From contig JAWMAR010000531.1 of NCBI GenBank assembly GCA_036785375.1, positions 868,001 to 932,000 of the forward strand: a stretch of DNA of 64,000 bases, written 5' to 3'. The stretch is from Leucoraja ocellata (taxonomy: Eukaryota). The position numbers and the translations under genes are program-made. Shown in pieces: positions 50,550 to 61,175 of this stretch. How positions within the stretch are numbered: the stretch's first letter is position 1; the number at the start of each line of letters is the position of its first letter. The notes beneath the pieces are model-generated. The model made no database searches, was not told where the DNA came from, and saw only the letters and a list, made by a program, of their open reading frames with translations.

Positions 50550-51620
50550 GTAAAAAGGAGCAGGAGAAGACCATTCGGCCCTTCGAGCTGCACCTCCATT
50601 CAATATGATCATGGCTGATAGTCCAAAATCAGTACCCCGTTCCTGCTTTCTCCCCTATCCCTTGATTCCGTCAGCCCTAAAAGCTATATCTAACTCTCTC
50701 TTGAACATATCCAGTGAATGGCCTCCACTGCCTCCACTTGTATGGCAGAGAATACCACAGTCACAACTCTCTGGGTAAAAACGTGTTTCCGCATTTCAGT
50801 AAGGCCCTACCCCTTCTTTTTAAACTGCAACCCCTGGTTCTTGACTCCCCCAACATCGGGCATATATTCCCTGCATCTAGCGTATCCAACCTCTTAAGAA
50901 TTTTATATGTTTCTATAAGAACCCTTCAAATCCTTCAAAATTCCAGTGCATATAAGCCCTGTCAATCATTTGTCAGTTCCACCATCCCGGGAATTAATCT
51001 GGTGAATTTACGTTGCACTCTTTCAATAGCAAGAATGTCCTTCCGCATATTAGGATACCAAACCTGCACACAATACTCCAGGTATGGTCTCACCAGGGCC
51101 CTGTACAACTGCAGTAGGTCCTCCATGCTCCTGCACTCAAATCCTCTCGCTATGAAGGCCAACGTGTCATTTGCTTTCTTCACTTCCGACTGTACCAGCA
51201 TGATTTATTTCTGTGACTGGTGTTCAAGGACACCCAGGTCTCGTTGCACCCCCCCCCCCCTTTCCCTAATCTGACACCATTCGATTATAATCTGCCTTCT
51301 TGTTTTTGCCCCCAAAGTGGATAACCGCATATTTATGCACAAAGTACTGCATAATCTTGTCCAGGTCACCCTGCAGCCTCCTAGCATCCTCCTCGCAGCT
51401 CACACTGCCACTCAGCGTTGTGTGATCCGCAAACATGGAGATGTTACATTTAATTCCTTCATCATCGTCAATATATCTTGTAAATAACCGAGGTCCCATC
51501 ACCGAGCCTTGTGGCACGCCACTAGTCACTGCCAGCCATTGTGAAAAGGACCCGTTAATTCCTATTCTTTGCTTCCTGTCTGCCATACAAGCTCTCCATC
51601 CATATCAATAACCTACCCCC
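50550..51620 (-). mobile_element. CR1-like LINE (U4)
   Basis: TSGVPQGSVMGP...FADHT RT motifs. Confidence 0.85.
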
Positions 51621-53230
51621 AATGTTACCATATTATTTACCATATCAACCTTCGATTCATCACCTTATCAAATGCCTCCTCGAAATTATACCTGCCTGGC
51701 ATTGTACTTCTTCAAAGCCTTTGGTTAAATTGGTGAAACATCGTTCATGAATTCATAAATTGTAGGATAATTAGGCCATTTGGCCCATCAATTCTACCTC
51801 GCAATCCTATCACGCTTGGTTTATCTTTTCTTCTCAACCCCATTCTCCTGACTTCTTCTCATAACCCTTAACACTGTTACTAATTAACAACCACTCAATC
51901 TCCACCTTAAAAATATCCATCGACTTGGCTCCCACAGCCTCCTGCGGCAACGAATTACACAGATTCACTACCCTCTGTCTAAAGGAATTCCTCCCCATGT
52001 CCTTTCTAAATAGACGTGCTTTTATTCTGAGGCTTTCACCTCTGGTCCTAGGCTCCCCCGCTCGTCGAAACATCCACTCCACATCCACTCTATCCGGGCC
52101 TTTCACGATTCGGTTAATTTCAATGAGGTCTTCCCCCCCTCTCGTCCTTATAAAGTATATAGCGAGCACGGACACAGTGCCGTCAAACGCTCATCACATG
52201 TTAACCCAATTATCCCTGGAATCCCCCTCGGAAACCTCCTCTGGACCCTCTCCAACGCCAGCTCATCCTTCCTCAGATTGGAGCCGAAAACTGCTCACCA
52301 CACTCCAAATGCGGTCTGACCAGTGTCTTATAAAGGCTTAGCATTACATTCCTGTTTTTGTATTTTGTTTTTGTGTTCTGGCCCTCTCCAAAGAAATGCT
52401 TTCCTTACTACCGACTTGTAAATTAACTTCACCACCCTGCACCAGCACTCCCAAGCCCCTCTGCTCTCATTTCTAAATTATCTCTCTTTCTCAACAACAT
52501 TTTGACTTTTGCGAGATAACCTGGATCATTTTGTCAGTGCCCTTTATATCGATTGGGTAACAGCTTGCAATATTTCTCCAGGACAGATGTGCAACCAACT
52601 GGCCTGCGGTGGACGACTTTCTGTCTCCCCTTCTGGATAAAAATGAATACCAAGGAACGTCCATGGTAGTTTTGAAATAAAAAAACTCAAAGCAATGAAT
52701 TCAGCGCTGCAACGGAATGAATTAAGACTCCAGAATGCAATACAATACATCTTAACGCCCTGTCAGCCCGTGTCTCTATCGACTTCCTAATGATTGCAAC
52801 TTTTGTGAGTTTGTTTCTTGCTTCCGTGTCTGCAGCCGTTTCTGTGATGTTAAGTCCATGTTCTGTGGAGCAGACCGATGAAAAATTACCATTTAATTTA
52901 TCTGTCATCTCCATGTTCCCCTTTAATTATACGGCTGCGAATTATTTGTAGGAAAAGGACAAATGTATTATTTTATAATTATTTGGAAGCTTAAGGTGAT
53001 TAGTGCAAAGTCTCTACAGTGCCACCATTCAACACAGCTGACACCGTTTACTCAGTAAATAAGAGCCTGCTCTCACACAACAGTTCCCGTGTGAGTCTCA
53101 GAGCTTCTCTCCCCCTCCCCCCGCCGCCGTTGAGTTCACTGTTGTCTGCTATTCTCCTCCCACTTAAAACAACATGAATATTTTTTTCTCCCAAAGGGCT
53201 GGAGCTGCAGAAATATCATTTTACCCCGAG

Positions 53231-53293
53231 CCAATAATTCAGTGAATGGATGTCACGTGGATAAAGATTTGCATGAATAATTAATAATCAGTG
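53231..53293 (+). promoter_or_regulatory. Ig light-chain promoter of G4 (octamer 53267-53274)
   Basis: Same motifs and spacing as G1. Confidence 0.9.
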
Positions 53294-53373
53294 ACTGAAG
53301 ACTTTAAAAGAGAAACTTGGAAAGGTCTCAAAATCGCGCTTGTGCAGCAAAATATTCCCTTATAACTTTCAAC

Positions 53374-56300
53374 ATGGCTGTATGGGTTTGGGTTCTCGCC
53401 TTGGTGACCTGTTTCCACTGTGAGTAGAGCGCAGAATGATTAATGCTGTATCGTTTTACATTCTGCTGTGTTTTTTTCTAATGGTTCTGTATATTTATCT
53501 GTTATTTCTATCAGCTATAAACGCGGAGACTACCTTGACTCAGAGCCCGGCTATATCACAATCGCCGGGAACAACCGTGAAAATCACCTGTACACTGTCA
53601 GGGGGCAGCATCGGTAGCTTCTACACGAGCTGGTACTGGCAGAAGCCGAGCAGCAGCCCTGTCTTCGTGTGGTATGAAGGCTCCAGAGGCACCGGAATTC
53701 CAGACCGATTCACGGGATCCGTGGTCTCATCCACGAACCAAATGCATTTAACCATCACCAACGTGCAATCGGAGGACGCGGCCGATTATTACTGTGCTGT
53801 GTGGGACAACAGTAACGACAAATTCACCTTCGGGAGAGGAACCAAACTGAATCTAAGCAGTAAGTAAAGTATTCACGGTGTGAAACAACGAATCGTTGAA
53901 CTTATGTTTTGCTTTCCATCACAAATCCTCGGTAGAAATATCCTATTAGACCTAAGTAGAACACAACGGGCCAGCCAGCATCTCCGGTAGACGTATAGAT
54001 GGGCAATGGTTTGTGTCGGAACCTTTGCGAAACGTTCCCGAACGGTAATATCATCTTTCTTTGTGGACCAGAGATGCTGTCTGATCCGCTGGATTACTTC
54101 AGCACTTTGTGTTGTACTCAAGATGCCAACATTCGCGGTTCCTTGTTTCTCCTACGTGAACTTGTTTTTTTTTAAATAATCCTTTACCTCCATCCCTACA
54201 ACACTCCGGGAAATCTGCGCTCATCTATCCGTGGCTTCTTGATCATCGTGGAATTTAACGCCTTCACAGACTGACAGCTGTGCTTCAAATGCGAAGTTGT
54301 TAAATTCTGTAATGATCTGAAAGTCTATTTCCCACTTTCTTCCCTGATGTTCACGAAACCTGCTCCTATAACAGGAATACTGATTCTCTGATTTGAAGTA
54401 TCCTCAAGTGGCGGGTTTCATATGAGACTGCTGCTATTGGTCACTTTGCTTCAATATAAGCGGAATGCAAACCAAAACTGTTGCCGTTACTTGAACAAAT
54501 GTTCGGGAAATTATGAGATTTCATTAACTTACAGTATATTGTGGACACGGATAATACCAACTCTGAGAGTGGGCCAAATAGAATCATTGGAAACATCCAA
54601 AGGAAAGTTAATAAACATTTGGCAAGGGATGTCGGTGAATTTAAATGGGATATTTTTGGAATTGCAAATACCCATTAGGGCAAATTGCGCGAAGTTGATT
54701 TCTGATCGTTTTAATGATACCATGAGGGTGAAGTGGCGTTTAGACAGGTTTACACGCGCTCCCTACAACAGCGCTAAAACTAATTGTCAGGGAAAAGGTT
54801 AAAACCAAAATGTAAACGCTTCGCACGGCAGCATTTCAATTCCCTTTGCGCGAAAGCGTGGAGGATTGTTGCAAGTCTGATTCAGCTCCGAAATTAGAAA
54901 CAAGAGCAGAACCGGATTCTGGTTCATTCCTCGTTCAGCGAGCCATTGCCACCTTAGCTGATCACATTTGTGTGGATATGCCGTCAGACTCTTTGTACCC
55001 TTGACTCTTGTAGAACCTGCAAGGGATTTTGATGCTAGTTCTCCGATTGCCATCGAGTGTATGATATAGCAGAAAACGCAGACTGTTCATTATGCTGTTA
55101 AACATGATCCCTCTGAGTGTTGATTTTTTTTATGGGCAGGCAGTTGGTAGACCGACATGTCAAAAAAGCTTCAAAGAGCGAGACATAATTTTCCATTTTC
55201 TGATAAATTAATGCAGAAATGGGCACACGTGTATACGAGGTTATTGCTGAATTGCCTTGAATCGTACGATTGGAAGGAAATAGTACAGCGTCTTTAAATT
55301 CAGCATTAGCTTGAAATGTTTTTTAAAGTCCGAATATGTTGGATGTTAAACCCAGAGCTGTCTGGACAAGTGTCAGAAGGAATTTGAAACTGACCAAAAC
55401 ATTTCTTTAGTTTTACCATTCATTTTTCTGCCCGCCACCATCATTGAATCATGAACTTTCTGGACGATGTGGAAGATTCACTAATAAGTAACATTCTAAA
55501 GATTGTTCCGGGATATAATTGGGATTACTATTTAAACAAGCATTAATTTGGAAATGCTGCTCATTCTGCCAGGATGAGTTGTATTTACATTTTTTCTGCC
55601 CGTTTCCATGATCTGTAGAAAATCGTATGTTATATGTTTTACCAAACCTCGGATATACCCCCATAAAAATTAACTTATCATGATTCTGCTGTATAAAATG
55701 AGGTTTATAAATGAACGGTAGTTGTAAAGCCAGTGCAGTACACGGCCATAGAGCCACGGAGTTATGCAGCGGTGGAACAGTCCTTCAGTCCACCTATTTC
55801 ATGCCGACCGGGTTGCCCTACTTGAGCTGGTCCCATTTGCGCGTGTCAGGCCCATATCTCTTTGAACCTTTCTTATCCAAGTATTAATTCAAATGTTTAT
55901 TTGAATGGTGTTATTGTACCAGCCTCATCAACTTCTCTGGGGAACTCATTCCATGGGGTCAACGCGTTATGTGTACAAATGTTGCCCTGAACCTAAACCC
56001 ACTAATTCTTCATTCTCCTACTACGGGGAAAAGACTCCATGCGCTAACCCTATGTATTCCCCTCGCGATTTTGTAACCGCCATGCGATCACCCTAAGGTC
56101 TTCTACACTCCAAGGACTAACGTCCTCGCATATCCAACCTATGCCTATAGTTCAGGCGTTCGAAACCTGGCACCGTCGGCATATATCTTGCCTGGAGTCA
56201 TTCCAGCTGAATCGATTCTGACTTTTCAATCAACTGATAAATAATTCATTTGTATTTATTTCAATTCTTTATTTCCAGGTCCGCGCTCCCCCACCGTTTC

Positions 56301-56601
56301 CATTCTGGCGCCATCAATGGGTGAAGTCACCGCAAAAAGTACCGCCACCCTGGTGTGTTTGGTGAGCGGGTTCAACCCGGGCGTTGTGGACATTAAGTGG
56401 ACCGTGGACGGCAGTGCGAGAAGTGACGGCGCTGCGACCAGCCGGGTCCAGCAGGAGAATGGCAACTCGTTCAGTGCGAGCAGTTACCTGACTCTGCCAG
56501 CCGCCTACTGGAACTCACACGAGCTTTACTCCTGTGTGGTTAAACACGACACCCAGGCAACCCCGATTAAGGCCAACATCGCCAGATCCAGTTGCCTCTA
56601 A
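53374..56601 (+). CDS. IGL: Immunoglobulin light chain G4, germline-joined VJ cluster. Exons: 53374-53419, 53515-53859, 56279-56601
   Basis: Exons of 46/345/323 nt, intact splice sites, open frame. CDR3 AVWDNSNDKFT. C-domain translation is identical to G1. Confidence 0.95.
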
Positions 56602-56780
56602 TTCAAAGGATCAAATTCCCAATTTGCTCCATTTCTTTGTAAATTAATCCAATATTCAGATATGGAATGTTCGCTTTAACAGGGTATTTGTTCAAACACA
56701 GCACGTGTGCATTTTGTTGCCGTAAATGCGCTGTTGGTATTTTACGATGAACTGAAAACCGATAATGTAACATTTAATGC

Positions 56781-56786
56781 AATAAA
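56781..56786 (+). terminator. Poly(A) signal of G4
   Basis: AATAAA at the homologous position. Confidence 0.75.
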
Positions 56787-58496
56787 ACAGATTATTCTAC
56801 TTACGATGCCTCGTTGTAATTTTCTGTGCAAATGTCCTTGCCTTCAATAGAATAAAAACAATAATGTCCGATGATGCCAGTGTGTAGAAACTGGTATTTT
56901 GTGAAACTTTGTTATATTTCAAATAAACTGCGGTTTCATGATTGATCGTAGATCCATGTGTTAGGACAGTTGAAGGGACCGCTTGCACATACCCCCCCCC
57001 CCCCCAGATTGAAGATATTAGGTGCAAACCAGTGGGGCGGGGGGGGGGGGGGGGGGTGGTTGAAGGGGGGATTCGCAACCACAATTAACCGGAGTAAAAG
57101 TAGTTACTTCGCGATTCCCAGAAATGGGATAAACAGCTTTCGGGACATGGCAACTGCTTGGATGTTCTTCTCTGGGAATAAAAAAAGCATGTTTAACAGG
57201 GGGAATAAATTGTGCAAATCTGGGGGAAATCTGCTTCCGATGTGAGTGTCCTATCTGGAGAGATTCTCTACTACGATGTCAGTTTCCAGTAGTACAATAA
57301 CAGGTTCGGGACGTGTGCTGTCTATTTTTATCCCATCCCTTCCTCCACGGTTATCATTCACTCCCTTCCCCCCTTATTTTGTGGCTGATTTCATTTCTTG
57401 TTCCTTTTCACCCACAGCCTTTGCCAATTAACCCCCCGCCCCATCTGCTAATCAACCCCCTCTCACATGTATCCACCGATCTATCACTTGGCCAGCTGTA
57501 TCGCACCTCATATCTATTTTACACATTTACCTCCTCTGTTCCAGGGGCACGACCTGAAATGATGCCTCGCAATTCTAATCAGCTGTTGCCTGACCCGGCA
57601 AGTCATGTGGAGTCCAATGGCGAAGTCTTGTTTTGCTCGATTTGTACGGTATTATGACCACCTCTCTGATCGAATTTACCTCTTCAATCCACTTCTTGTC
57701 AGACTTTTCCATGATCTACATTGATATCCTACACCCAGTTGCAAGTCGAACATATCCATGCTTTGTCCCCATTTTCCTACCTCCGCGAGGCTTCCTTTAC
57801 TTTTGATGGGCGACGGGTATTTTGGAAATACTGGTCAGCGTTTAGTGTTTCATCAACGCAGTATTCCTCAACCTCCATACGAGCTTGGATATTTGGCCCA
57901 GTAAGCTCCACGGCGCCACGTGGTTTATTTACAAGAGGTAGTTCAAACAGGTACTATAACAACATTTAATAAACATTTGGACAGGTACATTGTTTAGAGG
58001 GACACGGGCCACCGCGGGCAGGTGGGACTTGTTGGGCCGAAGGGCATTTTCCTACTGAATAACTCATAGTGATACTTTTTTTAAATGAAAATAGGTGCAG
58101 GAGTAGGCCATTCGGCCCTTCGAGCCTGCACCGCCTTTCAATATGATCACGGCTGATACATGCTTACAGCAGAAATGATCGGGACCTGTACAAAAAGAAG
58201 CCCAGTTGGCAGGGGAATGCGGGGGCTGGTGGGCAGGAGAACTCATCTCTGTACCGTAAAATAAAGTTGTCTGGCTGCTCACAATAACACAAGATGTAGC
58301 TTCGAGTAAATGTTCATCCTGCATGAAGTGGCGCTGCATTCGACGATGTTCTGTGGTCCCTGCAGTTATCTTGCTCTTAGATGCTGAATCAATCCAAAAA
58401 TATTGACATAATCTGCAGCACCTTTGGTATATTTACAGTTCTTGTCATTTATGGGGAGGCAAATGTAAACTGCTTGATGTGAAAATGCTGGTAATG

Positions 58497-59854
58497 TCCA
58501 AGATGCAATTCGGTGCATTAAAACAATATATCAGGAGCCTACAGCTAGGATTAAGGTAAATGGAAACATATCAAAACGGATCCAGTTAGAGAGGGGCACA
58601 AGGCAAGGATGCTGTCTTTCTCCTACTCTCTTCGTTTTGTATATTGAACCATTAGCACAAGCAATAAGGCAGAGAGAAGACCTGCAGGGGGTCAAAATAG
58701 GGGGGAAAGAACATATCATTGGTCTTTTCGCTGATGATATCATTATTTTTCTTGAACGACCAGATATATGTCTGCCAAATGTAATGAACCTATTTGAAAC
58801 AAATGGATGCTACTCATGGTATAATGTGGCAGTATAATGTGGATAAATGTGAGGTTATCCATTTTGGTGGCAAAAACGGGAAAGCAGACTATTATCTAAA
58901 TGGTGGCCGATTGGGAAAGGGGGAGGTGCAGCGAGACCTGGGTGTCATGGTACACCGGTCATTGAAGGTAGGCATGCAGGTGCAGCAGGCAGTAAAGAAA
59001 GCGAATGGTATGTTAGCTTTCATTGCAAAAGGATTTGAGTATAGGAGCAGGGAGGTTCTACTGCAGTTGTACAGGGTCTTGGTGAGACCACACCTGGAGT
59101 ATTGCGTACAGTTTTGGTCTCCAAATCTGGGATACGGGATAAAATGATTTCTAGATTCATTTGGAATAGCAAAAAAACAAGAATAAAACTAACAACACTT
59201 CAACTGCCGAAAAGCAAGGGTGGAATGGCTTTACCAAACCTGAGGAAATACTTTTATGTAGCTCAACTCAGACCTCTGTTGGTGTAGACCTGATTATGAA
59301 TCTCGATGGAAAGAAATTGAAAGGGAGATACAGGGTTACCAGATCCAGACTTTGGTGGGACACTAATATCTGAGAGGGGCTTTGAGACACGCTATGGACC
59401 ACATAGTAGCATTTACGCTAGAAATATGTAATGTTATAGTGGAAAAATACAAATTAAAAAGAGGGGTTCACGCATTGAAGTGGTTCGCATATGACTCAAA
59501 GTTTAACCAGGGGTGTTTGATTCAAAATTCAAAGAATGGGCACAAAAAGGCATAATGGCAATGTATACAGTTTCAGAAAATGGCGAGTTTATGAGCTTCC
59601 AAGATTTAAAGTCAAAGTCTGGTCTCGAAAACAAAGATTTTTTTAGAAACTTGTAATTAAGAGACTACTTTACAAAAGAGATAAGGCCAGAACTAGATGA
59701 AACTTCAAATAATGTGATCAAGGTGATTGTGGATGCATACAAACAGAAGGGGTCTCGGGTCAACTCTGCTTTCTACCAAGCTCTGATGGGAAGCGGGGGA
59801 GAATCAACGCTCTACATAAAAACAAAATAGGAAGCAGAATTAAAGATTCAGATA

Positions 59855-59932
<78 letters not shown>

Positions 59933-61175
59933 GTTTATTTATATAGCACATTTATAGTCAATTTTCATTGACCCCAAAGTGCTTTACATAATTTAAAAAT
60001 CAGTTCCATACAAAGCATAAAGATGGGTTAACAAAATAATAAAATGCATAAACAGGACACAACATGTAACATAAACATCCACCACAGCATTCATCACTGT
60101 GGTGGAAGGCACAACAAATGTTGGCCGTCCTCTTCCATTCCCCCCGTGTACAAGACCAGAGTCCAGAGTCCATTCCAGGATCGGTCTTTCCTCACCGGAG
60201 ACCGCGGCTTCAAGATTGTGTAGGCCGCAGGCCGGCGGTTGAGATTTAAAGTCCCCGCCGCAGCCAGAAGCACCATAGACTGCAGGGCCGGCGGTCGAAG
60301 CTCCCCTCCAGGGGTGATGGTAAGTCCATGCCGGGCCCGCGGTAGAAGTTATCCGTGGGCCGGCAATGGCGGCTTCTTCTTCCCCCATAAGAAGAATGGT
60401 ATCAAATGTGTGAAACACAATGTCCTTCCACAAGCACACTAGTATGGAAAGAGTTTTGCTGGAAGAATCTATCTCGCTTTTTTTTATAAGCAGCAAACTC
60501 GCTGTCCAACAACACTGTTGGAGGCTGTGTGGGAGTACGGAGGCAGACCACTCGCATATTTTCTGGAACTGTGTAAAGATAAGGCCATACTGGGAAAATG
60601 TTAATGCAGCTGTAAAAAATATCTTGGGTTATAAAATCCCAAATACCTGCCATGTGATGTATCTGGGGCGTATTAAAGATATTGTAAAAATAAAAGATAC
60701 ATATTTGATTAAAGTTTTGCTTGCAGCAAGTAAGAAGGCCATTACCATGCAGTGGCTTAATGAAAAAGTCCAAAACAGGAACAGTGGTTAGAAATTGTGC
60801 GAGACATCTTTAATATGGAGAAATTGACATATTCCTTGAGAGTCAAGGAAAATTCATTTGAGAAGATCTGGGAATAATGGACCATTTATTTGAGCCATGA
60901 CACCAATTAGATAAATGCCGAGCTAGATATGGGAAGATTGCGTTATATAAAACTAGATGGTATGTTTGTATGAATATTGAATTATCTCCAGATAACTAAT
61001 CAATGTAGTGTTTTTGCTTTTTTTAAGTTGGTAAAGTGAACCACACGGTCTTATTCCAATTTTTTTTTTTAATTTACTTCTTTTATTTCTCCTATCTACT
61101 TATTTTTTTATTTTGATTGTTGTTTTTCTTACTTTGTTTTATTTATGGTGATGGTGTTGCACGGTTTTGTATATA
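58497..61175 (+). mobile_element. Decayed L1/Tx1-clade LINE, U5 copy
   Basis: Paralogous to the U2 copy. Confidence 0.85.
58825..59135 (+). mobile_element. Internal CR1-like RT fragment replacing part of the L1 (U5)
   Basis: Same junctions as in U2. Confidence 0.85.
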
